DNA from: Erysipelotrichaceae bacterium
Lineage (GTDB): Bacteria > Bacillota_I > Bacilli_A > RFN20 > CAG-826
DNA: 64,000 bases
Assembly: GCA_015059105.1 (NCBI GenBank)
Contig: SVBB01000004.1
Span: forward strand, 5,144 to 69,143
Direction of reading: 5' to 3'
Numbering within the stretch: position 1 is the stretch's first letter; each line of letters opens with the position of its first letter. Below are positions 51,468 to 61,609 of the stretch, piece by piece. The position numbers and the translations under genes are program-made. A model generated the notes under the pieces. That model did no database searches, was not told where the DNA came from, and saw nothing but the letters and a program-made list of their open reading frames with translations.

Positions 51468-51563
51468 GACCCTCAAGGGTCTTTTCTTTTATTTGTAAAA
51501 ATTGCGGAAAATAAAATCCGAAAATTTTCACTTTTTCCCCTCTTATATATTAGGAGGGTTTTT
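51466..51563 (+). repeat. Copy D of the recurrent cassette (dnaJ terminator hairpin plus conserved core plus tatata plus aggagg), running into the ATG at 51564
   Basis: agaccc-tcaa-gggtct-tttcttttatTTGTAAAAATTGCGGAAAATAAAATCCGAAAAttttcactttttcccctcttatatattaggagggttttt-ATG. It is identical to copy E over the capitalised 33 nt and both copies begin with the same 7-nt-stem hairpin. The 3' part is near-identical to copy C. Confidence 0.75.
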
Positions 51564-52742
51564 ATGTTTTATGTCTTACAAGATGATAATTACGACTGTG
51601 GTTTTGCCTGTCTTAAGAGCCTTTTAGCGAGCTTAAATCACGACCATAATTATCTATATCTACCAAATCCGAAGGTAGAAAAAGAAGCGTATTCCTTTTA
51701 TGAACTTATGGAATATGCGGAGAAACTTGGATTCACTTTGTCTTCCTATTTCGTCAAAGATAAAGAGAATCTATCTTTAGCTAAAAATGAACCGATCATG
51801 GTCAGCGCATTTAAAGAAGGGAAAGTTCATATGCTTCTTCTATATAAGGTGAATAAGAAGTATGTCTATTATCTCGATCCCGCAGTTGGCAAAAAGAAGA
51901 TGAAGAAAGATATATTCATTTCTTTATGGGATGGGAAGGTTTTAAAAATTGATGATTTTAAAAAGAAAAAATGCCCATTTAAAAAGAAGAATTTATTAAC
52001 AAATTTTGAAGAATTTATGATGGATTTTTTAGAGATTATTGCCTGTCTATCTTTGACCGCGGGATTATTCTTCATCAACGAGAAATATCCATTTTATCTA
52101 TCGATCATTTTGTTTGCCTGTTTTGGAATACTTGAGATTCTTCTTCGCAGTTACTGCTTAAGAGTTTATAAGAAGATTGATGACCGCATCTATAATTCTT
52201 CCTCTTTAAAGGTAAAAGAGGGGAAGATGAAAGAATTTTATACGACTTTAGAAAACAATAAGCGTTATGAAGTGGGGATTAATCTCGATAGCATCTATGC
52301 GGTGATGTCGATTATCGTCGTGAGCATCTTCATCTATATCACTGGTGGTTATTCCTTATATTATTTATTATTCGGATTATTATTTGCCTTTATTGAAGTA
52401 GTGTTCATCAATCCATATTTAAAAAGGAAGAATATCGAGATTATGGAACTCGAATCGCGCATCGGGGAAGATGATTTAGGCTTGATTAGATTAGCCCATG
52501 TAAAAGCATATAAATATGGAAGAATAACTTTGTTATATCGTTATACGTGTTTCGGGATGACATTATTAGGTATCGTTCTCATCATGGCTCTATCGGGGGT
52601 GATATCAATTCCATATATCATCTTCTATTTATGCATCAATCTCTTCTTTTATAAGAATATGGTCTCTTTGTTATCGATTGATGAAAAGATTAAGAAACAT
52701 CGACAAAGCATCGTTCATCAAATTAATTTAGTCGACATGTAG
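51564..52742 (+). CDS. Peptidase-C39-like domain fused to a polytopic membrane domain, with no ABC ATPase
   Basis: The N-terminus LQDDNYDCGFACLKSLLASL matches the C39 bacteriocin-processing peptidase catalytic Cys region (Q...DCGxACL). A His follows later (VHMLLLY). About 6 TM helices come next. There is no Walker motif. Confidence 0.6.
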   Translation: MFYVLQDDNYDCGFACLKSLLASLNHDHNYLYLPNPKVEKEAYSFYELMEYAEKLGFTLSSYFVKDKENLSLAKNEPIMVSAFKEGKVHMLLLYKVNKKYVYYLDPAVGKKKMKKDIFISLWDGKVLKIDDFKKKKCPFKKKNLLTNFEEFMMDFLEIIACLSLTAGLFFINEKYPFYLSIILFACFGILEILLRSYCLRVYKKIDDRIYNSSSLKVKEGKMKEFYTTLENNKRYEVGINLDSIYAVMSIIVVSIFIYITGGYSLYYLLFGLLFAFIEVVFINPYLKRKNIEIMELESRIGEDDLGLIRLAHVKAYKYGRITLLYRYTCFGMTLLGIVLIMALSGVISIPYIIFYLCINLFFYKNMVSLLSIDEKIKKHRQSIVHQINLVDM

Positions 52743-52768
52743 GCTTTATCTATGATAAAATTTCTTTT

Positions 52769-53212
52769 ATGGAAATCGACTTCAATAGTGAATATCAAGA
52801 ACTAACTAATTATGAAGAAATCTATACAGATATCGCTAATAAAGCAATAAAGCATTTATCTTTAGATTTTGATCCGATTATTTCTGTCTCTATTGTCGAT
52901 GAAGAAATGATTCATCAAATCAATAATGAATATCGTCATATCGATAGAGTAACAGACGTCATCAGCTTTGCTTTTAACGATGGGGAAGACCGCGAGAAGC
53001 TCTATCATAGCCATCAAATGGTCGTCTTAGGTGATATTTATATCTGCTTTCCCCAAGCGGAAAGACAAGCATCAGAATATGGGCACGGGATTGATCGAGA
53101 GATGAAATTCTTATTCGTTCACGGCTTACTTCACTTGCTCGGTTATGACCATATGAAAAAGGAAGATGAGGAAATCATGTTTCCTCTTCAAGAGGAGATT
53201 TTAGCGTTATGA
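52769..53212 (+). CDS. ybeY: rRNA maturation endoribonuclease YbeY
   Basis: HGLLHLLGYDH is the zinc-binding motif. Confidence 0.85.
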   Translation: MEIDFNSEYQELTNYEEIYTDIANKAIKHLSLDFDPIISVSIVDEEMIHQINNEYRHIDRVTDVISFAFNDGEDREKLYHSHQMVVLGDIYICFPQAERQASEYGHGIDREMKFLFVHGLLHLLGYDHMKKEDEEIMFPLQEEILAL

Positions 53213-54093
53213 AATCAGGCTTTGTTTCAATATTAGGGAAATCAAACGTCGGTAAATCGACATTATTAAATGCGATTCTTCATCAAAAAATCTCAATCGT
53301 CACTGATAAACAACAAACGACCCGTAATGCGATTAAGGGAATATATAACGACGACGATAGCCAAATCGTCTTTATAGACACGCCTGGCATTCATAAAGCG
53401 AGACAAAAACTCGGTGAAGAGATGAATAATATGGCGCTTAATAGCATCAATGATTCCGAAGTAGTGGTCATCGTCATCGATGCCTCACACGATATTGATG
53501 ATGAAGTTAAAAAGATTTATCAAAGAGTCAACAAGAAACATATTCCGATTGTTACAGTTATCAATAAAATTGATTTGATTAAAATTGATAGGTCGCTCAA
53601 ACTCAAAGAAGAGATTGCTTCTATTAACGACGGACCAATTATTGAAATGGTCGCGAAAGAAGGATTTAATGTCGAGGAACTAATCAAAACGATTAAAGGT
53701 ATCCTTCCCGAAGGACCACAGTATTATGACAAGGATACGGTGAGCGATATCGATGTCATCTTCCAAATCAAAGAAATCATCAGAGAAAAAGCACTTAATA
53801 TATTAAAAGATGAAGTCCCACATTCTTTAGCAATCTATATGAAAGAGATCAATTGGGATGAAAATCCTTTACCGATTTATGCGGATATCATCGTTGAAAA
53901 AGATTCTCAAAAAGGGATTGTTATCGGTAAAAACGGTCAACGGCTTAAGAATATCGGTCAAAAAGCCCGTCAACCTATTGAAGCTTTGCTTCATAAGCAC
54001 GTTTTCCTCTCTTTAACGGTGAAAGTGAACGAGGATTGGCGAAACAAAGACTCCTTATTATCAACTTTAGGATATAAAACTAAAAAAGAATAA
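53209..54093 (+). CDS. era: GTPase Era
   Basis: GKSNVGKSTLLN, DTPG and a C-terminal KH domain are present. Confidence 0.9.
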   Translation: MKSGFVSILGKSNVGKSTLLNAILHQKISIVTDKQQTTRNAIKGIYNDDDSQIVFIDTPGIHKARQKLGEEMNNMALNSINDSEVVVIVIDASHDIDDEVKKIYQRVNKKHIPIVTVINKIDLIKIDRSLKLKEEIASINDGPIIEMVAKEGFNVEELIKTIKGILPEGPQYYDKDTVSDIDVIFQIKEIIREKALNILKDEVPHSLAIYMKEINWDENPLPIYADIIVEKDSQKGIVIGKNGQRLKNIGQKARQPIEALLHKHVFLSLTVKVNEDWRNKDSLLSTLGYKTKKE

Positions 54094-54095
54094 AA

Positions 54096-54803
54096 ATGAA
54101 ATTAATCATTACAAGTATCGTTGCATACAAAGAAAAAGATGCCCTAGTAAGCGGCATCAGTGAAGATGGATTATATACTTTTCGCGTCCCAGGATTATAT
54201 TCCCCGAAGAGTAAATTTGCTTCCATCAATAATCCACTTACAGTCATCGAACCGGTTTTAAGCGAGAGCAAGACCACTAAGCATTACACCCTTAGTGAAG
54301 CTAGTCTACTTTTCTCCCCGATGTCGGGACAACTCGATTTCAATTACGTGAGCGGCATCTCCATATTGTTACAAGCCACTAATAAACTCATCGAGGATGA
54401 AGAGAGATATCTTCTCTATCATGATTTATTCAATGCTTTATTAGCTTTAAAGAATAAAATCAATCCATATTTAATCGCTTTAAAATATTTAATCGCCTTA
54501 ATGAATCTCACTGGATACGAACTCAACGTTAATAGTTGCATTAGGTGTGGTGGGAAAAAAGATATCGTCGCTTTCTCCTTTTTAGAAGGGGGATTCATCT
54601 GTAAGAACTGCTTTACTAATGAAGATAAAAATGACCTCGAAGTTAGCGAGATGAAATTATTAAGAAACGTCTATATTCACGACGGATATGATTTTAATAA
54701 CGACAAATACGATCAAAAAGTCATCATCTCTTTACTTAAAAAGATTAATATCTTTATCTATGATGCATTAGGATATCAAATCAAAGATATAAATAATTTA
54801 TAA
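54096..54803 (+). CDS. recO: DNA repair protein RecO
   Basis: An OB-fold N-terminus and a CxxC...CxxC zinc motif (CIRCGGKK...CKNCF) are present. The conserved era-recO order supports the call. Confidence 0.75.
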   Translation: MKLIITSIVAYKEKDALVSGISEDGLYTFRVPGLYSPKSKFASINNPLTVIEPVLSESKTTKHYTLSEASLLFSPMSGQLDFNYVSGISILLQATNKLIEDEERYLLYHDLFNALLALKNKINPYLIALKYLIALMNLTGYELNVNSCIRCGGKKDIVAFSFLEGGFICKNCFTNEDKNDLEVSEMKLLRNVYIHDGYDFNNDKYDQKVIISLLKKINIFIYDALGYQIKDINNL

Positions 54804-54876
54804 TAACACTGATAATAGGTTGACACGCATTGTTCTTTAATATATTTTATATTAGAACGTTTTTTGAGGTACACTT

Positions 54877-56250
54877 ATGAAAGAATTTACATACGAACAA
54901 ATTACAACGCATTTAATAACCTCTGGTTATTATTACCAAGGCAGCGAAATATATGGTGGTTTATCTAATACCTGGGACTACGGTCCTCTTGGTAGTGAAA
55001 TCAAGATGAACATCAGAAAATTATGGTGGCAAAAATTCGTCCAAGAATCTCCTACTAATGTTGGTATTGATGCGGCGATATTGATGAACCCAAAAGTGTG
55101 GGAAGCTACCGGTCACGTCAAAACATTTAATGATCCACTTATCGACTGCAAACACTGTCATCAACGCTTTAGAGCGGATCAACTCATCGAAAGCGAATTC
55201 CCAGATGTCAATGTCAATAAGATGACTAACGCCGAAATGATGGACTTCATCAAAGAGCATCAAGTCAAATGTCCAAACTGTGGGCAAACAAATTTCACTG
55301 ATATCCGTCAATTCAATATGATGTTTAAAACTCATATCGGTGTCACTGAAGATAGCAAATCTGAAGTCTATCTTAGACCAGAAACCGCTCAAGGTGTCTT
55401 CGTGAACTTTAAAAACGTCATGAGAACGACTAGACACAAACTTCCAATCGGTATTTGTAATGTTGGTAAAGCCTTCCGTAATGAAATCACTCCTGGCAAT
55501 ATGACATTTAGAACTAGAGAATTCGAACAAATGGAAATGGAATTCTTCTGTAAACCAGGCGAAGACCTCAAATGGCATTCTTATTGGAAACAGTACTGTT
55601 TAGATTTCATCAAACTATTAGGAATCACTCCAAATAAACTTAGATATAGAGACCATGAAAAAGAAGAATTAGCATTCTATTCTAATGCGACTACTGATAT
55701 CGAATATCTCTTCCCATTTGGTTGGGGTGAAATCTGGGGTATCGCGGATAGAACTGATTATGACCTCAAACGTCATATGGAACATTCTTTCCAATCCTTA
55801 GAATATTTAGATCCAGAAACTAATGAAAAATACGTCCCATACTGCATTGAACCTTCTGTTGGTTTAGATAGATTAGTGCTAATGACATTATGCGATGCTT
55901 ATGATGAAGAAGTGGTCAATGAGAACGATACTCGTATCGTTATGCATTTAGCGAAATCCATCGCTCCATATAAGGCTGCGATTTTCCCACTTAGCAAGAA
56001 GTTAGAAGAAAAAGCTAAAGAAGTATTTGCTTTATTAAGCAAAGAGATGATGGTGGTCTATGACGACACAGGCTCCATCGGTAAAAGATATCGTCGTCAA
56101 GATGCGATTGGTACTCCTTTCTGTGTCACCATTGATTTCGACACGGAAAACGATGAGTCCGTCACCATTAGAGAAAGAGATTCGATGCAGCAAGTGCGTC
56201 TTCCAATCTCTGAACTCGTCAATTATTTAAAACAACAAATTAAAGGATAA
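54877..56250 (+). CDS. glyQS: Glycine--tRNA ligase (alpha2, class II)
   Basis: The protein is 457 aa with a class II core and an anticodon-binding C-terminus. The conserved recO-glyQS-dnaG order supports the call. Confidence 0.9.
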   Translation: MKEFTYEQITTHLITSGYYYQGSEIYGGLSNTWDYGPLGSEIKMNIRKLWWQKFVQESPTNVGIDAAILMNPKVWEATGHVKTFNDPLIDCKHCHQRFRADQLIESEFPDVNVNKMTNAEMMDFIKEHQVKCPNCGQTNFTDIRQFNMMFKTHIGVTEDSKSEVYLRPETAQGVFVNFKNVMRTTRHKLPIGICNVGKAFRNEITPGNMTFRTREFEQMEMEFFCKPGEDLKWHSYWKQYCLDFIKLLGITPNKLRYRDHEKEELAFYSNATTDIEYLFPFGWGEIWGIADRTDYDLKRHMEHSFQSLEYLDPETNEKYVPYCIEPSVGLDRLVLMTLCDAYDEEVVNENDTRIVMHLAKSIAPYKAAIFPLSKKLEEKAKEVFALLSKEMMVVYDDTGSIGKRYRRQDAIGTPFCVTIDFDTENDESVTIRERDSMQQVRLPISELVNYLKQQIKG

Positions 56251-56251
56251 T

Positions 56252-58033
56252 ATGGCAGTAGATCCAGATTTACTCGAACAAGTCAAAAAACACGCGGATA
56301 TTGTAAAGGTCATCTCTTCATATCAAGCGTTAGAAGGAAAAGGCAAAGACTTCGTTGGTCTATGTCCTTTTCATGACGACTCTCATCCTTCAATGTCGGT
56401 ATCACCTTCTCGTCGCATTTTTAAATGCTTCGTCTGTGGAACTGGCGGAGATGCGGTTTCTTATGTTAGAAAAAGAGAAAATATCTCTTTATTTGAAGCG
56501 ATGAAGAAAGTCTCTGACTTATCTGGATATTCTGACCCAAGATTAGAAGAAAAACAATTTGTTAAACCTGTCGATGAATTAAAAGCGAAAAGATTGAAAT
56601 GCTTAGCGGATTTAACTTTATATTACCAATATGCTTTAACTAGCGTTGAAGGTAAAGTTGGCTATGAATATCTCTCTAATCAAAGACATCTCGATGATGC
56701 GATGATTAAGAAATATCAACTAGGGTACGCTCTTAAAGAGGGCAAAAATACAATTGCTTATCTCCAGTCTAAAGGTCACTCATTAAAAACGATTGAAGAA
56801 GTGGGGATTGCAACTATCTCTAACGGTACATATTACGATAAAAATAGCGGTAGAGTGATTTTCCCGTTATGCGATAAAGACGGGAATGTCATCGCTTATT
56901 CTGCTCGTGCATTAGGAGAAAGCGACGCGAAATATATCAACACTCAAGAGACAGTCTTATTCCATAAGAGCAATGTTTTATATAACTATCATATCGCTAA
57001 GCAAAAAGCCCATATCGATGGTTTCGTCTATGTCTTAGAAGGATTTATGGATGTCTTTGCTTTAGCAAGAATCGGAATTGATTCAGCAGTCGCGATTATG
57101 GGAACGGCTTTAACAGAAGAACATATCAAATTATTAAGACAGCTCAATGTCGAAGTGAGATTATGTTTAGACGGTGATGTTCCAGGACAAATGAATGCGA
57201 TGAAAGCTTCGAAATCATTAGAACAAGCTGGTATCAATTTCTCGATTGTCGATAATCAAAATAATCCCCGTGACCCTGATGAAATACTAAATGAAGATGG
57301 ACCGAATGCTTTAAGAAGTTATTTAAATAATCTCATCTCCCGTAATGATTTTGCTTTAAATTATTTCTTGAACACTAATCCCCTTAAAAATAGTCAGCAA
57401 AAGCGTTCCTTAGTCCAACAGTTCATCCCCATTTTAGCGAAGATGAATAATGTCCTTGAATACGATACATATTGTCGTAAGTTATCGACGATTACTGGTT
57501 ATGATGTTGAATCGATTAAAAAGCTCGTCGGTGAATATCGTCGTGGGGGAACGATGACTTCTAAAAAGGTGGTCGAATATTCTCCAGAGAAAAGAATACT
57601 CAAGAAACTAGAACTCGCTGAAAGAGAAGTTTTATATCAAATGACGGGAAATAAAAACGCAATTATTTTCTATGAAAATAATATAGATGGATTCTTCGAT
57701 GATACATATCGACAAATCGCTAACTACATCGTTGAATTTGCGAAAACTCATGACGAGATCAATGTCGCGGATATCATCTTTGAGATTGAGATGAATGATG
57801 CCCCTAATGCTGAAGAACTCATCAATGAATTAACCGCGATTGCTAGTGAGACCTTACATCCAGATGTCTGCGATGATAAGTTGCTCAATTCATTACTCGA
57901 ATCCATCAATTCTGAAAAAGAAAAAATCAATGAACAAGATATTATAAATCAGCTTTTAAAAGGGAAGAGTCCACATGAACAAGCGCGTATCCTTGCGGAC
58001 TACAATGCCCGTAAAGCCAAAAAGGTTTCTTAA
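56252..58033 (+). CDS. dnaG: DNA primase
   Basis: A zinc ribbon ([13 protein letters not shown]...CFVCG) and a TOPRIM domain (EGFMDV, LDGD) are present. Confidence 0.9.
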   Translation: MAVDPDLLEQVKKHADIVKVISSYQALEGKGKDFVGLCPFHDDSHPSMSVSPSRRIFKCFVCGTGGDAVSYVRKRENISLFEAMKKVSDLSGYSDPRLEEKQFVKPVDELKAKRLKCLADLTLYYQYALTSVEGKVGYEYLSNQRHLDDAMIKKYQLGYALKEGKNTIAYLQSKGHSLKTIEEVGIATISNGTYYDKNSGRVIFPLCDKDGNVIAYSARALGESDAKYINTQETVLFHKSNVLYNYHIAKQKAHIDGFVYVLEGFMDVFALARIGIDSAVAIMGTALTEEHIKLLRQLNVEVRLCLDGDVPGQMNAMKASKSLEQAGINFSIVDNQNNPRDPDEILNEDGPNALRSYLNNLISRNDFALNYFLNTNPLKNSQQKRSLVQQFIPILAKMNNVLEYDTYCRKLSTITGYDVESIKKLVGEYRRGGTMTSKKVVEYSPEKRILKKLELAEREVLYQMTGNKNAIIFYENNIDGFFDDTYRQIANYIVEFAKTHDEINVADIIFEIEMNDAPNAEELINELTAIASETLHPDVCDDKLLNSLLESINSEKEKINEQDIINQLLKGKSPHEQARILADYNARKAKKVS

Positions 58034-58046
58034 AGGAGGGAAAACA

Positions 58047-59255
58047 ATGGCCAAATTAGCAAGCAAAAAGAAAGAGGACTTCGCTGGAGAATTACCAACC
58101 ATCGAACAGAAGAAAAAAGAACTCTTAAAAAGAGCGAAAGCTTCTGAAGAAGGCAAGTTAGAGGAAAGTGAAATCTACGACGAATTCGAAGAATACGAAC
58201 TCGATGATGAAACACTTGAATCCTTAATGACTTATTTTAAAGATAATGGTGTATTAGTCACTGATGAAGAAAGTGAAACTGATATCGATTTAGATGAACT
58301 CGATGATTCCGATATCGATTTAAGTGAAAACCCAGATGATTTCGATGATAATGACGGTGAAGGACTTGATGAAGAAATCGATTTAGATAAACTCGAAGCA
58401 ACATTAGGTGGCGAAGTCAAAATCAACGACTCTGTTAAGATTTATCTTAAAGAAATCGGTAAATATCCTTTATTAAAACCTGAAGAAGAACCAATCCTCG
58501 CGAAAAAGATTGAAGAAGGTGATGAAGAAGCCAAGCAAAAACTCATCAACGCGAACCTTCGTTTAGTCGTCAATATCGCCAAACACTATGTCGGTAGAGG
58601 CATGCTTTTCCTCGATTTAATCCAAGAAGGTAACCTTGGCTTAATGAAAGCGGTGGAAAAATTCGATTACACAAAAGGATTTAAATTCTCCACATATGCG
58701 ACTTGGTGGATTCGTCAAGCGATCACTAGAGCAATCGCTGACCAAGCCCGTACTATTCGTATTCCAGTCCATATGGTGGAAACAATCAATAAGATGACGC
58801 GCACCCAAAGACAACTCATTCAAGAACTCGGTAGAGAACCAACAGCGGAAGAAATCTCTGAAGTGATGGGCGGAGAGCTCACTCCAAAAAGAATTAGAGA
58901 AATTCAACGCATCGCTTTAGAACCAGTTTCTCTTGAAACTCCAATCGGTGAAGAAGATGATTCCCATCTCGGTGATTTTATCGAAGATAAAGAATCTCTT
59001 TCTCCAAGCGAATATACTTCTAAAGAATTGCTTAAAGAACAGCTTTCAGCCATCCTCGCGGATTTAAATGAAAGAGAAGAAAAAGTCATTCGTATGAGAT
59101 ACGGACTCGATGATAACCATCCACGTACTTTAGAAGAAGTGGGACAATATTTTGGTGTTACTAGAGAAAGAATTCGTCAAATCGAAGCAAAAGCTCTTCA
59201 AAAATTAAAACATCCAAATAGACTTAAGAAATTAGGAGACTACTACTATAAATAA
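58047..59255 (+). CDS. sigA: RNA polymerase sigma factor SigA/RpoD
   Basis: Regions 2-4 are conserved ([29 protein letters not shown]). An acidic N-terminal region is present. The start is set at MAKLAS after the RBS aaaggaggg. The track start at 57975 overlaps dnaG. Confidence 0.9.
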   Translation: MAKLASKKKEDFAGELPTIEQKKKELLKRAKASEEGKLEESEIYDEFEEYELDDETLESLMTYFKDNGVLVTDEESETDIDLDELDDSDIDLSENPDDFDDNDGEGLDEEIDLDKLEATLGGEVKINDSVKIYLKEIGKYPLLKPEEEPILAKKIEEGDEEAKQKLINANLRLVVNIAKHYVGRGMLFLDLIQEGNLGLMKAVEKFDYTKGFKFSTYATWWIRQAITRAIADQARTIRIPVHMVETINKMTRTQRQLIQELGREPTAEEISEVMGGELTPKRIREIQRIALEPVSLETPIGEEDDSHLGDFIEDKESLSPSEYTSKELLKEQLSAILADLNEREEKVIRMRYGLDDNHPRTLEEVGQYFGVTRERIRQIEAKALQKLKHPNRLKKLGDYYYK

Positions 59256-59295
59256 GAAGGTTAATTTATCTAAGAGACTGCTCGCCATATACGAT

Positions 59296-59919
59296 ATGGT
59301 TCCTTTCTCCGTGGCTGCTGATATCGGCGCGGACCATGGAAAGCTTATCATCTCCTTATTTGAGAACAATAAAATCTCTCATGGCTATGCAGTTGAAAAT
59401 AAAAAAGGACCTTATAATCGCTTATTAAAAGCTCTTCAAGATCGCAATTTAGAAGAAGATATCATTCCTCTATTTAGTAACGGTATATCTGATATTCCAA
59501 ACACAGTATCTACCCTTATTATTGCGGGTATGGGTGGTGGACTTATCATCGATATCTTAAAAGCGCATCCTGAAAAGCTTAAATATGTCGATACCATTAT
59601 CGTCGATCCCCATAATCAAATCCCAGAAGTGAGAGAATATATCACCTCGATTGGTTTTGTGATTGCCGAAGAGAAGATGGTAAAAGAAGATGATATCTAT
59701 TATGAAATCATCAAATTCATCAAAGGTGATGTCGCTTATCTATCTGATAAAGATATTGAATTTGGCCCGCTTCTCAGAAGTGAAAAATGCGCGGCTTTCA
59801 AAGAAAAATACTCTTCTCGTATTGATCAAATCAATCATTTATTAGAAAATAAGTCTCTACCTAAAGAAAAAGTTACCTCTTTAATCAATGAAAGAACACG
59901 AATCGAAAACGTCTTATGA
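59296..59919 (+). CDS. trmK: tRNA (adenine22-N1)-methyltransferase TrmK
   Basis: VADIGADHGKL is the SAM-binding motif. The position after sigA matches Bacillus yqfN. Confidence 0.8.
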   Translation: MVPFSVAADIGADHGKLIISLFENNKISHGYAVENKKGPYNRLLKALQDRNLEEDIIPLFSNGISDIPNTVSTLIIAGMGGGLIIDILKAHPEKLKYVDTIIVDPHNQIPEVREYITSIGFVIAEEKMVKEDDIYYEIIKFIKGDVAYLSDKDIEFGPLLRSEKCAAFKEKYSSRIDQINHLLENKSLPKEKVTSLINERTRIENVL

Positions 59920-60683
59920 ATGGTTATAAATTAATATCGATATTAGGGAAGAAGTTCCCAAAAAGAATCGCTATAAAATATCATGACTATGTCGGATTAA
60001 TGACCGGCAAGATTCCTGGTGAAGTCAATAAGATTTTGCTTTGTCTAGATTACGATGAAGAAGTTCATGAAATCGCGAAGAAATATAAACCCGATTTAGT
60101 GCTCACCCATCATCCATATTTCTATGGAGATAAAAAGTGGGTACTAGAAAATTATTCTTTTAAAAAAGATTTATATGAAGAGATTAATAAAGAAGGTATA
60201 AATATCTTTTCTATGCATACGAATTTTGATGAATGCAAAGACGGGATGAATGATGCGTTAGTAGAGGCTTTAAATCTAAAAGATGTCTACTGTGCCTCTA
60301 ACTATCCTATGATGCGAGTGGGCTATTTATCTAGCGAGATGGATATCGAAGATTTTGTTAGATACGCGAAGAAGTGTTTGAAGGTTAACTACGGACTATT
60401 AGTTAACGCTGGAAAAAGAAACATTAGAAAAGTCGCTATTATCGGTGGAGGTGGGGCTAATGAATATCCTCACGCGATAGAAGAAAATGCCGATATCTAT
60501 GTTTCTGGAGATATGTCTCATCACGTCAGAAGAGAGATAATCTCTTTAAAATTCAATTATTTAGATTTACCGCATGAAATAGAAAAAATCTTCATCTATC
60601 AAATGAAGAAAATCCTCTTATCTATCGAGCCAAATCTCGATATATTATGCGTTGATCACGAAAAAGAGCCTACTGTTCTTTAA
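59916..60683 (+). CDS. Nif3-family dinuclear-metal-centre protein (YqfO/YbgI-like), short form
   Basis: The protein is Nif3 family and sits at the conserved position after trmK. Confidence 0.75.
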   Translation: MNGYKLISILGKKFPKRIAIKYHDYVGLMTGKIPGEVNKILLCLDYDEEVHEIAKKYKPDLVLTHHPYFYGDKKWVLENYSFKKDLYEEINKEGINIFSMHTNFDECKDGMNDALVEALNLKDVYCASNYPMMRVGYLSSEMDIEDFVRYAKKCLKVNYGLLVNAGKRNIRKVAIIGGGGANEYPHAIEENADIYVSGDMSHHVRREIISLKFNYLDLPHEIEKIFIYQMKKILLSIEPNLDILCVDHEKEPTVL

Positions 60684-61548
60684 TTCGGTGTAAATAATTA
60701 ACAATTTCTTCAATCGCGAATATCGGAGTGGACGCTCCTGAAGCTATCGCGATATGTTTTTTGTCTTTTAACATTTCAAAATTGAGTTCATGAAGTTCAG
60801 AGACCATCACTGATAATGTGTCGGGATGGCTCATCGTCGCGATTTCATGAAGTCTTTTTGTATTAGAAGAATAGATGTCACCGACGACGATGATTAAATC
60901 GACATCATCAGGTAAAGCGATGACCGCTTCTTGACGTAATCTTGTCGTATTGCATATCTCTTCTATAATACGCGCATTAGGAACATGAGTTTTAATATCT
61001 TCAAAATTATTTTGTATATCGATGATATTAAGAGTGGTTTGGTTGATGACAAGTGGAGAATCGTCAGTCACTTTGGAATAATTGATGCCAAACTTGACAT
61101 CATAGAGAATGACATTATCTCCCAAAGATAAAGCCGCTTCTGTTTCCGGATGTGATTTATGACCGATATAGATGACTTGATGACCATTTCGGAGTTCTTG
61201 TTCTATTAAATCTAAATTATGTTTAACCTTTGGACAAGTGGTATCAAGGATCATGATAGAACGTTGAAGCGCATATTCTTCAAGCTTCTTATCGTGTCCG
61301 TGAGCAGTAAATATTAATATCGATTGTGATGGAACGGTATTGATTAATTGCTCATATGTCTTTTGTGGTTGATATAAAGTTTTAATCCCGTGTTCATTTA
61401 AAAAGTTGATGACGAGTTGATTATGAACGAGTTTACCTAAAACGAAAATATCACGATTTGGGTAATCTTCTTTCGCTTTTAAAGCAATGTTGATCGCATT
61501 AGTCACACCAGCACAGTAGGATTTTGGTTCGATAACTGTGATTTCCAT
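60670..61548 (-). CDS. ispH: 4-hydroxy-3-methylbut-2-enyl diphosphate reductase
   Basis: MEITVIEPKSYCAGV is the first cluster Cys. TAHGH and a conserved C-terminal Cys are present. The start is set at MEITV. Confidence 0.85.
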   Translation of the reverse strand: MEITVIEPKSYCAGVTNAINIALKAKEDYPNRDIFVLGKLVHNQLVINFLNEHGIKTLYQPQKTYEQLINTVPSQSILIFTAHGHDKKLEEYALQRSIMILDTTCPKVKHNLDLIEQELRNGHQVIYIGHKSHPETEAALSLGDNVILYDVKFGINYSKVTDDSPLVINQTTLNIIDIQNNFEDIKTHVPNARIIEEICNTTRLRQEAVIALPDDVDLIIVVGDIYSSNTKRLHEIATMSHPDTLSVMVSELHELNFEMLKDKKHIAIASGASTPIFAIEEIVNYLHRIKEQ

Positions 61549-61609
61549 AACTATTATTATTTTACATATCACTTAAAATAAATGGAATAATAATATAAAA
61601 TATTAAAGT

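Noticed and set aside
55021-55578. 185-aa minus-strand ORF inside glyQS, plus many similar 60-170 aa antisense ORFs inside conserved genes. Examples are 48901-49410 in dnaK, 6035-6370 in nrdD and 33622-33957 in the synthetase.
   Set aside because: They lie entirely within strongly conserved genes on the opposite strand. They have low-complexity or odd composition and no RBS. They are frame artefacts of long genes in an A/T-rich genome.
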